Positions 41,774 through 52,726 of a stretch of DNA of 64,000 nt are shown here, one piece after another (within the stretch, counting starts at the first letter, position 1; the number at the start of each line of letters is the position of its first letter). Origin of the DNA: an uncultured delta proteobacterium (GTDB taxonomy: Bacteria; Desulfobacterota; Syntrophia; Syntrophales; UBA5619); the NCBI GenBank assembly GCA_963817385.1, contig CAWFOM010000010.1:192001-256000 (forward strand). Direction: 5' to 3'. The notes under the pieces were generated by a model that saw only the letters and a list, made by a program, of their open reading frames with translations, had not been told where the DNA came from and did not search any database. The translations under genes were made by a program, and so were the position numbers.

Positions 41774-42695
41774 ATGCGCCATCATTATTTACCCAAATTT
41801 TATCTCGAAGGATTTTGCAAGGGGGATAAATTGTGGGTTTTTGATAGAGCAATAAAGGAATTTCGGCAACAAACCTCTGTCAATACCGCAGTTAAAACAA
41901 ATTATTACTCGATTAAAGAAAAGGATGGGGAGAAGAGACAAGAGATAGAAGTTATGTTATCCAAGATTGAAAGCCCAGCCAAACAAGTAATCGATAAGCT
42001 ACTTGCACGAGAAGTTTTAACAGCAGATGATAAGCAAATCCTCTCTATATTTATGGCATTTATGATGAATCGCGTTCCTGATTTTGAAAAATCAGTTAAC
42101 TTTGTAGAAAAACACATTATACAGCTTATGGCTGATATGATGTTCTCTGACGAAAAGCAAGTTCAATCAATAATGGAGGAGTTTGAGAGGACGACGGGAG
42201 AGAAGTTGGATACATCAGCTAAAAAGTTAGTTGATTTCCACAAAAGAAAGCAATATGAGATTATTATTAACAGAAATCTGAGTTGCGCTTAATGATCGAC
42301 ATTAGTATGGAATTATCTAAGTATTTCGGACTAATGGATTGGTGTGTCTTCCATGCTCCACAAAAAAATCTTTCATTACTACTGACAATCCCATAATTCT
42401 CGCCCCACCAAAAAGCCACAAACCTGGATTTGATGGTGTAGGTATAATCACTAAAGGAGCGCGAAAGATTTTCCCCTTGTCACAGGAAGCCAGCCTGGTC
42501 TGGTAATGTTTGATAGCGGACACCGTCTTGTTCATAAGGATGCCGATATTCAGTTGGTCCGTGAAATAAACTTAAATATAGCAAATAATGCTGATAGGCT
42601 CGTAATTGGTCGTGACGAAATACTTTTTAAGAAATATAGTTCGATCCACAAAATTGGCTGAGCGGGAGCGCAAAGGGCGCATTCATATAGGTTAA
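41774..42695 (+). pseudogene. DUF4238 domain protein, frameshifted (~42280, ~42500, ~42625)
   Basis: MRHHYLPKFYLEGF N-terminal motif, IE..LSKIE, RVP; continues FITTDNP..FPLS..N in other frames to TAA 42695; AT-rich. Confidence 0.75.
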
Positions 42696-43432
42696 GAGCA
42701 TCTTGAAATCAGATACCAGGAATTCCGAAAAACAGGATAGAACTGGTCACTGTCAGCTATCGGCCCGATAGCCCTTCCCCGGGCTTTCGGATATCAGGTG
42801 TCCTATCACAGCGATCATATACCCATGGGGCACATGAGATTGATCCAGGCGCTACGATCTACTTCGTACCTTTCTTCCACATCCCGTAATGCACAGAAGT
42901 GGCACGAGAAAAAGACGGAATATACTGGCTATTGTCTCCACCTACTACTTCTTAGTCCAAGGGGCTCCGCAAGATGAAGATTATCGATTCAAATGTACAA
43001 TAAAAGGCAGAGTCTGACCCTGCCATTTCCTCTGACTCCCGCCAGTTCAACCAGGCCAAGGCAAAGAAGGAGCATGGTGGTCGGTTCGGGGCCGGAATTA
43101 TCGTGCTGATGGTCAGCAGAAGGGATGCCATCAACTTTTTTCTTTTCGTTGTCATATCATCGTCACCATAAGGTGAATAAAACTCCGGTTCATGCCGCGG
43201 CACAATATCATCACGTCAGAAGTTTTGCGATTGGGAAGAGCCATCCGAGGTTCGAAATTCCATAGATTGATGGAATGGTCCATGATAAACTATCCTATCA
43301 GGAGAGGATAGCGAGATACTCCGAGGTGTTGTGATATTTTGAGAAAAAGGAGAGAAACATGGACGTGGTTTTCATCGGCGCGTTGTTCCTGGCGACGTCC
43401 CGGTTGAGGGGCAAAAAGATAGGAGAAAAGTT

Positions 43433-44278
43433 ATGATTACAGTCCGCTTTTTACGTCAATTCGTGCTGGTATATATTCTTGTTGTCATGACCGTTTGCGG
43501 CTTTGCACAAACACTGCCGGAGAACGAAGAGTATCAGCCAAAAGAAGGCCAAGTCGGCAAGGACGTGATTTGGCTGCCGACGGCGCAGGCGCTTGCTGAA
43601 AAAATGTTGAGCTTGGCGCAAGTTACGTCGGAGGATTACGTGATCGATCTCGGCTCCGGCGACGGGCGCATCGTCATCTCTGCTGCGAAGCGCGGCGCCC
43701 GTGCGCTCGGCATCGAGTATAACCCCGATCTGGTGGCGTTGTCGAAGCGCAACGCCGTCCGGGAGGGTGTCGCAGACAAAGCCCGTTTCATCGAGGCAGA
43801 CATCTTCAAGAGTGATTTTACCCAGGCGACGGTTATCACCATGTTTCTCATGCCCGAGCTCAATCTTCAGCTTCGCCCGGCGATTCTCGATCTCAAGCCC
43901 GGCACGCGCATCGTTTCTAACTCCTTCGATATGGGAGAGTGGGCAGCCGACCAGTTCGTTGAGGTTGGCCGGGAAGAGGGCTGCGACACCCATTATTGCC
44001 AAGCCTATCTCTGGACCGTGCCGGCCAAGGTCGAAGGCACGTGGAAGCTTTCCCAAGGCGAGCTCGAACTCAGGCAGAGCTTCCAGATGTTCACAGGTGA
44101 TTTGCGTGTTGGTGCGGACCGTTTGCCCGTTACTGATGGTCGCCTCTCCGGCAATCGGATCAGCTTCAGGATTGGCGATCTCCACTGTACCGGGCGCGTC
44201 ATAGGCAACACGATGGAGGGGACATCCACATCAGGCAGCGGCCTCACAAAATGGAATGCAACCCGGGTAGCGCATTAG
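43433..44278 (+). CDS. Exported class I SAM-dependent methyltransferase-like protein
   Basis: Signal peptide; KDVIWLPT, VIDLGSGDGRIV, LKPGTRIVSNSFDMG; C-terminal beta-rich extension. Confidence 0.85.
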   Translation: MITVRFLRQFVLVYILVVMTVCGFAQTLPENEEYQPKEGQVGKDVIWLPTAQALAEKMLSLAQVTSEDYVIDLGSGDGRIVISAAKRGARALGIEYNPDLVALSKRNAVREGVADKARFIEADIFKSDFTQATVITMFLMPELNLQLRPAILDLKPGTRIVSNSFDMGEWAADQFVEVGREEGCDTHYCQAYLWTVPAKVEGTWKLSQGELELRQSFQMFTGDLRVGADRLPVTDGRLSGNRISFRIGDLHCTGRVIGNTMEGTSTSGSGLTKWNATRVAH

Positions 44279-44604
44279 TGGGGCATGCGACGCCGAAAGA
44301 GATAAGCGCTGTCGGAGACGATCAGGGTAAACCCTGGTGGGTGGCGAAGGATATTGCTGACATTTTGGGGTATGCGTGGAATGGAGAAAGGACAGTTTCC
44401 CATGTCCCGCCTTAGTGGCGAGGGGTGGATTCCGTTTCCACCCCTCAAGGAGTACAGGAAATGATTGTACTTCCGAGCCGGGAGTCTGGTTCTTCCTGGG
44501 GAGGAGTGACAAAGAGGCCGCGCTTCCCTTTCAGAAGTAGATTGCCAGAGAGATCTTGCCTTCCATCCGTAAGAGGGGGTGGCCATTCCTTGGGCTATGA
44601 TAAA

Positions 44605-44832
44605 CTATTTTTTGATTTTTTCTTCAGTAAGCGACAGAATTGTTGATGCAGAAAGATTAAATGCCTTTGCGATTTGAAAAATCGTGACCAGAGAAGGTTG
44701 CTTATGGCCACATTCAAGGAGTGAAATGAAACTTCGATCGAGATTACTTACCTCCGCGAGTTTCTCTTGAGAAATTCCCTGCGCCTTCCTTAGCTCTCTT
44801 ATGACCTCTCCGAACGCCTCTTCGATCGTCAG
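44605..44832 (-). CDS. XRE family HTH transcriptional regulator (start codon uncertain)
   Basis: FGEVIRELRKAQGISQEKLAEVSNLDRSFISLLECGHKQPSL. Confidence 0.8.
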   Translation of the reverse strand: MTIEEAFGEVIRELRKAQGISQEKLAEVSNLDRSFISLLECGHKQPSLVTIFQIAKAFNLSASTILSLTEEKIKK

Positions 44833-44913
44833 GTTTCCTTTCTGTCGGGTAAACCTAAAACTCTCCCGCAGAACACCGGAGCGCACGCTGTTTGCGAAGC
44901 GCTGACGCGCTCT

Positions 44914-46455
44914 CTATATTCTGAATTCTATCAGGAACGGCCCGCGGCGGCCGCAGGCCGATGTGAACACGTCGGCGAAACTCTCTAGTGTTTCCACGCG
45001 CGTTGCTTCCACGCCCATGCCTGCGGCGAGTTTCACCCAGTCGAGCTCGGGGCGCGCAAGATCGAAAAGTTCGTTCGAGACACGGCCGGGCGTTGCGCCC
45101 ACCGAGACTAACTCGCCATAGAGTATTTTGTAGATGCGGTTGGCGAACACCACGTTTACCACATCGAGCTTCTCGCGCGCCTGGGTCCACAGCGATTGCA
45201 GCGAGTACATGCCCGCGCCGTCGGCCTGCAGGCACACCACCTTGCGTCCGGGGCAGGCAAGTGCCGCGCCCGTGGCACACGGAAACGCGTGGCCGATTGA
45301 GCCGCCGGTATTCTGCAGCCAGTCCATCGGCGCGGCGTTGAAAGTCGGCGCGAACAGGGCGCGGCCGGAGGTGACGCCGTCCTCGGCGACGATGCAGTTC
45401 TCAGGCAGGAGCGCCGCGAGCGTGTTGGCGAAAGCTTCGGGTTCGAACTTGCCGTGCGCGAGCTGCGGCTTGATCGCGCCCTCCGGAATCGGCACGTGTT
45501 TGGGTGCGCCGAGCTCGTCAGCCAGAAATTCCAGGGCGGCAATCGCGTCCTGCTCCGGGCGCGCGAGGACGTGGATGACCGCGTCCGGAGGAGACGTCAG
45601 ACTGGGCTTGTCCGGATAAGCGAAGAACGCGGTGGGCGGCTTCGCGCCGACGAGAATCACGTGTTTCGTGCCTGCCAGCTCCTTGAGTGCGCTATCGACC
45701 AAGTAAGGAATGCGGTCCACCGGTACGCGACCGCGGCCGCGCGCCATGCGCGATACCTGGGAGGGCGTGCGCAGCTTCGCGCCGGTGAAATACGCGATGC
45801 GGTTGGCCGCGGTGAGGCCGGCCTCCGACAAAGCCTGCCCATACAGAATCAGCATTGCCGGCTCCTTGCGCCACAGTACCTGCGCGATCGTTCGCAGATT
45901 ATCAGGCGTCACGGCCGATCGTGTGGGAACCGGCAGTGGTGCGGCGACCGTGCCGCCCTCGCTCCAGGCGGTGTCCGCTGGTAGGATCAGCGTGGCAATC
46001 TGCCCGGGCGGGGTGTTCGCAGCCTGCACTGCGGCTGCGCTGTCTACGCCTACACTCGCGGGGGAGGAGCTGGTTCGTACCCAGTGCGACACCGCGCGTG
46101 CAAGGCCCTCGGTGTCGGCGGTGAGCGGCGCATCGAACGGCCGGTGGTAGCTCGCCTGGTCACCGACGATATTGACCATCGGCGAATACGCCCGGCGCGC
46201 GTTGTGCACGTTGGCGATGCCATTGGCGAAGCCCGGTCCGCAATGGAGCAGCGTTGCGGCGGGCTTGCCAGCCATGCGAGCGTATCCGTCGGCGCAGCCG
46301 GTCACCACGGTTTCGGCCATGCCAAGGATGCAGCGCATGCCCTCGACCTTGTCAAGGGCGGCGACGAAATGCATTTCCGATGTGCCGGGGTTGGCGAAGC
46401 AGGTATCGACGCCGCTGGCGAGCAGAGTGCGCACAAGGCTTTCAGCGCCATTCAT
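44914..46455 (-). CDS. ThDP-dependent enzyme, acetolactate synthase large subunit-like
   Basis: MNGAESLV..FANPGTSEMHFV, ADGYARM, LHCGPG, ADGAGMY..NR ThDP motif. Confidence 0.9.
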   Translation of the reverse strand: MNGAESLVRTLLASGVDTCFANPGTSEMHFVAALDKVEGMRCILGMAETVVTGCADGYARMAGKPAATLLHCGPGFANGIANVHNARRAYSPMVNIVGDQASYHRPFDAPLTADTEGLARAVSHWVRTSSSPASVGVDSAAAVQAANTPPGQIATLILPADTAWSEGGTVAAPLPVPTRSAVTPDNLRTIAQVLWRKEPAMLILYGQALSEAGLTAANRIAYFTGAKLRTPSQVSRMARGRGRVPVDRIPYLVDSALKELAGTKHVILVGAKPPTAFFAYPDKPSLTSPPDAVIHVLARPEQDAIAALEFLADELGAPKHVPIPEGAIKPQLAHGKFEPEAFANTLAALLPENCIVAEDGVTSGRALFAPTFNAAPMDWLQNTGGSIGHAFPCATGAALACPGRKVVCLQADGAGMYSLQSLWTQAREKLDVVNVVFANRIYKILYGELVSVGATPGRVSNELFDLARPELDWVKLAAGMGVEATRVETLESFADVFTSACGRRGPFLIEFRI

Positions 46456-46731
46456 AGGTAGTATCCGTTCGAGTGTGAAAAGGCCGTCTTCAGTTCGCAG
46501 CAGCGGGTAAGGACTGGCATAAACATTTACGAAGGTTACGCATCCGGGTAACTACTCAGGTAGCCCCACCATGGAGCCATAACTGCTGCCGAGTACTATA
46601 TCCACCCCCCTCATGAATGCAAGCACAAAAATACAATTATTTCCTGCTGGACTCGGGCGGCGGAATGCGGTATTCCTAATCGCATCGCCAGCCCCTGCTT
46701 TTCGATGCAAATATCCGATGCGAAATATCCC

Positions 46732-46760
46732 TTGACAAGCAATAACAGCCCCCCTATAAA
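46732..46760 (+). promoter_or_regulatory. sigma70 promoter upstream of cupin-MmgE genes
   Basis: TTGACA, 17 bp spacer, TATAAA. Confidence 0.6.
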
Positions 46761-46993
46761 AGCCTTCCTAAACTGTTGCGGGATTAATCTTGCTCTCGAT
46801 CGCCTAGCCACGTTGAGATAGTGTCTCACACCGGTATCGAGTGCTACGGACCTGTCCTGAGTACTTGGACCCAATTTAAGATTGAGTTCTTCAATATTCT
46901 CATGTTAATGGAGCACTGCCTCCAGTGCCGGAGAAGGAAGGTTTGTTCCTCTCACCTCCAAAGTTTATGGCCTTTGGGCCGAAGGAGAGTTCA

Positions 46994-47320
46994 ATGAATC
47001 CAGAAAGTCCTTTTTTTACTATCGAGGGATTGCCCTCGGATTTCCTGCGCCCGGGAACGGAACGGCGGTCGATCCGGTTGGGGGAGGTGCAATTTATGTT
47101 CATCTCTTTTGACCGTCCGACGGTTTCTCCCTTGCACGATCACCCCTGGGACAGCATCATTTACGTTGACCGGGGGGAGTTCGAGATGACGGTCGGCGAT
47201 CAGCAGCGAAAGGTAGTCCCCGGAGAGGGTACGGTTGTCCCTGCAGGGGTAAAGCACACGCTGACGACGGGTCCGGGTTCCCGGCTCATCGAGGTCTGGT
47301 ATCCGATGAAGCAGGCGTGA
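46994..47320 (+). CDS. Cupin domain protein
   Basis: LHDHPWD..YVDRGEFEMTVG..GEGTVVPAGVKH; AAGGAG RBS. Confidence 0.85.
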   Translation: MNPESPFFTIEGLPSDFLRPGTERRSIRLGEVQFMFISFDRPTVSPLHDHPWDSIIYVDRGEFEMTVGDQQRKVVPGEGTVVPAGVKHTLTTGPGSRLIEVWYPMKQA

Positions 47321-47352
47321 TAACGCGGTATTTTTAACTGAAGGAGTTCTTC

Positions 47353-48715
47353 ATGACAACGAAAAAGGTACAGAGTAATGTGACGGAGGTGCTTGCCCGG
47401 TTTGCGGCCACGGTAACATACGATGAAATCCCGGCGCAGACGTGCAAGAATCTGCTGCTGGACGCCTTGGCGTGCGCCCTGGCAGGGCACCAGGGGGAGG
47501 AGACCCACCAGATTGCAGCGCTGGCGTCGGGACTGGCGCAATCCAAAGAGAGCAGCATCATCGGCGGGGATCATCTCTCGCTGGCGGGAGCAACCCTGCT
47601 CAACGGATATCTGATTACTGCCGTCACCATGTGCGACATCCACCGTCCCACCCTCACGCACATCACCCCGGAAGTGGTCCCGTCCGCACTGGCCATTGCG
47701 GAGCGGGATTCGCTGTCGGGACGTGACCTGTTGGTCGCCCTCGCTGTCGGATGCGAGATGACGACACGAATCGGGATCGGTATCGATTACCCGGCGTTTC
47801 GCGACCGGGGTTTCCATGGTCCGGGAGTCTTCGGTCCGTTCGGCTCCGCTGCGGCCGTAGGCCGTCTGCTCGGCTTCGACCCTGAGACCATGGCCGTAGC
47901 CTTTGGCCTGGCGGGCAGCCAGGCTGCGGGCACCTTTGCCGCGTGGAAAACCCCGACGGTCAAGTTTCACCAGTGTCGAGGCGCCCTCTCCGGACTCATG
48001 GCCGCGCTGTTGGCTCAACAGCGATTTGTGGCTACCCACCAGTTTCTGACCGCTCCCGACGGCGGTCTGTATAACAGCTACTCAAACGGAGGTCATCCGG
48101 ATGCGGCTATTGAGGGCCTGGGGAACCGCTGGGAACTGGAACAGATCGGCCTGCGACTATGGCCTTCCGCGTCTACCATCCAGGGGATGATCACGGCAAT
48201 GTTCAACCTGGTGGAAAAGCACAGCTTGAGTCCCCGATCGGACCAAAAAGCTGCGCATTTCCCTGGGCAAGACGGCTTTCGACATGCATGGCGGTTTCTC
48301 CAACTACAAGGGGAAGTTCGAGGCGCTCCTCTCCGCCCATTACGCCGCCGCGGTGATCCTCCATGATCGGGAATTGACGCTGGCCCAATTCGAGCCGGCG
48401 CGTTACAATGACCCGAAATTGGTGCGGTTTGCTGCCGATCAGGTGGAAGTAAGGCCCGATCCCACCTTGGTCGGCGTTCAGGCGTTGGCGGAAGCGGAAA
48501 CCATTGACGGTTCGACCGTTGTCGTCCGGTGCAACGACCCCAAGGGCTCGCCCGAAGATCCGCTCTCACGGGCCGATGTAGAGAGAAAATTCCGAACCTA
48601 CGCCAAGGAACGGCTTTCGGATTCCCGTATCGAAGAGGTTATCGGCATTGTCTCCCGGTTGGAGGAGCTTGGATCGGTGCGAAAATTGATGGAGATTCTG
48701 AGGAACCCCAGTTAA
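47353..48715 (+). CDS. MmgE/PrpD family protein, frameshift near 48235
   Basis: LLDALACALAG, CDIH..TLTH, GFHGPGVFG, VKFHQ, LRLWPSAS; the C-terminus (PKGSPEDPLS..KF) is in the 48284..48715 frame. Confidence 0.85.
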
Positions 48716-48787
48716 GAAACGCGGCCTTTACCGGATGCCCACGAAGGCGACCTGACCCCCAAAGGTGATCCAGGCAGAGAGTTACTT

Positions 48788-48821
48788 TGAACTACCCCGC
48801 ATCTTGCTGCGGGGTAGTTCA
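48788..48821. repeat. Perfect 14-bp-stem palindrome (REP-like), between convergent genes
   Basis: TGAACTACCCCGCA-TCTTGC-TGCGGGGTAGTTCA. Confidence 0.8.
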
Positions 48822-48835
48822 TCGGTGAATTAAGT

Positions 48836-50247
48836 CTATTCAAAAATCTCGCTATTGTAGAATTCGCCGAACAATTCCTCTTCCGGCGGCCTGTCCTCCG
48901 GGATCGGGCGACTCACCCACGTAACATTCATATAATGTTTCAGGTGGATGTTCTCGTTGGTGATATTGCCTCCCCAGTAACCGCAGCCCAGGCTCGCGGT
49001 CATCGGCATGCCGTTCGTGAAAGATCCCGCATTGGCTTTCGATTGGGCCTGGCGGACCATCATACGGCTGACGGGAGCCACAAGCGCCAGGCGATGGATG
49101 TGGTCGTCGTTGAACGAGTAAATGCCGCAGGAGTGCCCCTTGCCGCCCACTTCGTAGATTCTTCGCACCATATCGAGGGCCACTTCAAACTCACCGCTGT
49201 ACTTGAAAATCGCCAGCATGGTGCCGAGTTTTTCGCTGGAGAACAGATGCTCCTTGCCGATCTTGTCCTCCTTGACGATGAGGAACGTCTTATCCGGAGG
49301 GAGCTTGAAACCGGCCAGTTCCGCGATCTTCGCTGCCGGCCGGGCGACCGTCTTGGGAATCCGGTGCCCTTCTTCATCCCACCACACTTTCCGAACTAGT
49401 TCCATTTCTCCTCCTCCGAGCACAGATAACCGCCCTCTTTTTGGAGCTGTTCCAGGAATTTGTCATATATGGACTCGTGCACGATGAGGTTTCCGTCCGA
49501 CGAACAGCCGGCGCCGTTGTCGTTGGTCTTGCTGAGGCGGGTATTCAGGGCCGCCTCCTCGATATTCGCGGTTTCATCGATGACCATGGTCGAATTCCCC
49601 GGTCCCACGCCGTAGGCCGGCTTGCCCGAACTATACGCGGACTTCACCATCGGCCCGCCGCCGGTGGCGACCGTCAGATCGCAGATGGACATCAATTCCT
49701 GCGCCAGCGGAATGCTCGGGTTTTCGACGGACTGCAGCAGGTCCTCGGGCGCACCCGCCTTTTTGAGCGCCATCCGCATCAGATGGACGACATAGTTTGA
49801 GGTTTTCTTGCTGGCGGGATGCGGGCCAAAGATGACGGCATCCTTGCATTTGACGGCGTAAATACCTACAGACATGGGTGTAACAAGGGGATTGGTCGTG
49901 GGGCTGAGTGAGCAGACAACCCCGGCGGGCTTGGCGTACTTGGTGATCCCCTTTTCGGGAACTTCTTCGATGATCCCCATGCTCTTCTGTCTCAGCGCGT
50001 CCCTGAGTACCCCCAACACCTTAAAACGTTTCGCCGGTGTAGGATCACCCAGACCGCTCTCATCGACCGCCATGTTCACCAACCGGACCGCGTTCTTCTC
50101 GTTGTAAAGCTGCCAGCCCATCGCCTGGCAGAGCCGGTCCACCTGTGCCTGATCGTAGTTCTCGATCGCCTTCATCGCTGCCCTGGCCCTTCCCAGCAAC
50201 TCCTGGGCAAGCTTTTTCTCCTCCTTGGTAATTTCCCTAGCCATCAT
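48836..50247 (-). CDS. CoA-acylating aldehyde dehydrogenase, sulfoacetaldehyde dehydrogenase (SauS)-like; frameshift near 49405
   Basis: KYAKPAGVV..PTTNP, ATGGGPMVKSAYSSGKPAYGVGPGN, DNGAGCSSD, SEKLG, GHSCGIYS, LGCGYWGGNITNENI across two frames. Confidence 0.85.
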
Positions 50248-50761
50248 ATCCTCCTGATGATTTAAATGGGGGACAAACTGTTTTTCGGCCCCTTCTCGTC
50301 GTAGGGTCAACGGATTTGTCATCCTGCTTGACCGTTCTTAGATGAATTCACCCCTCTCAAAGGCGACGCCCATGATACGATTCGAGAGTGTCATTCCTAT
50401 ACGTAGATTGCCAACGGGTGTGTGATAATACTACAATGCAGGGCAATAATACTGTTCGCTCTCCTGACTGTCCGGTGCATACCCGACTGCTCCAGGCACT
50501 ACCCAACGGCAGTTCGGCACCCTGTTTCCAAGCCGCCAGAACCTACACAAAACGACCTGCTATTGTCAAGGTTTATGTGGGAAATATTTACAGGCAAATT
50601 CTTTGAAGAAAGGCAGGTTTTTGCGACCCGGCTCCCCAGTTTGCCACCACTGGCCATGGAGGCCTTCACGTCAAACAGCGTGCCGGAAAATCTACCCCGT
50701 GCGAACGGGCCATGGCGGGTACGACTCCTCCAGCGAGACGAGACCTGGAGAGGTTGTTGCC

Positions 50762-52063
50762 TCAAGGCTTTCGAAAATTCTTGCCGGCATATGTGCACTT
50801 GCTTCCAAGTTCTTCTTCAATCCTCACGAGCTGGTTGTACTTGGCAAGCCTCTCAGACCTGCATGGTGCGCCTGTCTTTATCTGGCCGGTCTTAAGCCCG
50901 ACGACAAGGTCGGCTATGAAGCAGTCTTCCGTCTCTCCGCTCCTATGGCTGACCATTACTCCCCAGCCTGCATTTTGCGAATCCTTACATGCCTGTATTG
51001 ATTCGGTGACTGATCCAATCTGATTCACCTTGAGGAGCAATGAATTACATGCTTTTTTCTCAATAGCTATCTTGATTCTCTTAGGATTTGTCACCAGAAG
51101 ATCGTCTCCGACTATTTGAGTAGTCTTTCCTACTGCTGATGTAAGCTTAGGGTATGTTGTCCAGTCATCCTGATCGAATGGGTCTTCTATGGACACAAGG
51201 CCATATTCTTTCACAAAGCTCTCATACAGCTTGATCATCTCGTCACCCGTCTTGACCTGTGAGCCATCGTTCTTTGGATTCTTGAAATCCAGGTCGTATT
51301 TTCCATCCTTGAAGAATTCTGAAGCAGCCACATCCATTCCTATGAATACTTTGCCTGTATATCCTGCATTTGCTATTGCCTTCTTCAATAGCTCCAGTCC
51401 TTCCTTGTTGTCCTGTATGTTAGGCGCAAATCCACCTTCATCACCCACATTCACTGCGTCCTGGCCGTACTTTTCCTTGATGACGTTCCTCAATGAATGG
51501 TATGTCTCAGATCCCATCCTCAATGCCTCCCGAAAGTTTGGGGCTTCTAACGGCAATATCATGAACTCCTGCATGGCGAGTTTATTTCCCGCATGCGCCC
51601 CGCCATTGATAACATTGAAGCTCGGCACCGGCAACACAAACTCCTTGACTCCGGCAAGGTCAGCTATATGCTTGTATAGAGGGACTTTCTTTGCAGCAGC
51701 TCCCCCCTTGCAGGCAGCCATGGAGACGGCAAGTATCGCATTGGCGCCGAACTTGCTCTTATGCTCCGTTCCGTCTGCGTTGATCATGGCATTGTCTATA
51801 TCTGACTGCCTCGTCGGATCCATGCCAATCACTATCTTTGAGATCTCCTTATTCACATTATCGACTGCCTTGAGAACTCCTTTACCCAGGTATCTTGATT
51901 TGTCTCCATCCCGCAGCTCTAATGCCTCATACACTCCCGTAGATGCTCCTGAAGGCACCATTGCGCGAAAAAGTCCGTCCTCCGTTGTCAGATCCGCTTC
52001 AACAGTCGGGTTGCCCCTCGAATCAAGTACCTCTCTTGCATGCACTGATTTTATCTTTGCCAT
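50762..52063 (-). CDS. eno: Enolase (phosphopyruvate hydratase), eukaryote/archaeal-like sequence
   Basis: [65 protein letters not shown]. Confidence 0.97.
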   Translation of the reverse strand: MAKIKSVHAREVLDSRGNPTVEADLTTEDGLFRAMVPSGASTGVYEALELRDGDKSRYLGKGVLKAVDNVNKEISKIVIGMDPTRQSDIDNAMINADGTEHKSKFGANAILAVSMAACKGGAAAKKVPLYKHIADLAGVKEFVLPVPSFNVINGGAHAGNKLAMQEFMILPLEAPNFREALRMGSETYHSLRNVIKEKYGQDAVNVGDEGGFAPNIQDNKEGLELLKKAIANAGYTGKVFIGMDVAASEFFKDGKYDLDFKNPKNDGSQVKTGDEMIKLYESFVKEYGLVSIEDPFDQDDWTTYPKLTSAVGKTTQIVGDDLLVTNPKRIKIAIEKKACNSLLLKVNQIGSVTESIQACKDSQNAGWGVMVSHRSGETEDCFIADLVVGLKTGQIKTGAPCRSERLAKYNQLVRIEEELGSKCTYAGKNFRKP

Positions 52064-52316
52064 TGTCTATTCACCCTTTGTTTTTTTCATGGAAGTTTCT
52101 TCTCCCCCCAGCCATGTTCTCTGCCAGACCATGACCTGACCTTATTACTTGTACCACATGTTAAGTTAGAGTTCTACCATTATGTAGGGTCGCCTCTGGT
52201 GCTGGAGAACGGCAAGCAACCTGAATTGCGCGATTGGGGGGCAAGGCCTTCACTTACTTGACTGGTTTGATCAAGAGGTAGTATAGATAACGGATTAGAG
52301 GAGGACGACGTGAGAA

Positions 52317-52589
52317 ATGAGCATAAAGGTAAATATCCTTCCCTATCTTCAGTATCTTACGGGCGGCAAGGCCGTGGTTGAGGTCGAAGGCAGCACCGTT
52401 GCCAAGTGCCTCGATGATCTGACCAGGCAGTTTCCCGGGGTCAGGACTGTTCTGTTTGACGATAACGGAGCACTACTGGACTACGTGGATATCACGGTGA
52501 ATGGTGAAAGCAGTTACCATGAGGGCCTGACCAAACCGGTTCGGGAGGGAGATGAACTGCTTATCATCCTACTGATTGCGGGAGGATAA
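52317..52589 (+). CDS. MoaD/ThiS family sulfur carrier
   Basis: Ubiquitin-like 90 aa ending IAGG; upstream of AOR. Confidence 0.88.
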   Translation: MSIKVNILPYLQYLTGGKAVVEVEGSTVAKCLDDLTRQFPGVRTVLFDDNGALLDYVDITVNGESSYHEGLTKPVREGDELLIILLIAGG

Positions 52590-52726
52590 TCGATATGAGG
52601 GCGCCGGCGTGACGACATTCGCTTTACCCTATAGTAGCCGCCGGAGCATCCGCTGTTTCCGGCGCCTTGCGCAGTTATTTGCACTGAGTAAGGCGAAGAA
52701 TCAAGATTAGTGAAGGAGGTATTTAT

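Noticed and set aside
43359..43436. Short ORF MDVVFIGALFLATS with RBS, reminiscent of small kdp-associated membrane peptides
   Set aside because: Too short and no kdp genes nearby; cannot be supported.
50250..50570. Riboswitch in the long ALDH leader (also checked leaders of moaD/AOR and the ThDP genes for Moco/Wco and TPP riboswitches)
   Set aside because: Diagnostic consensus elements were not found by eye.
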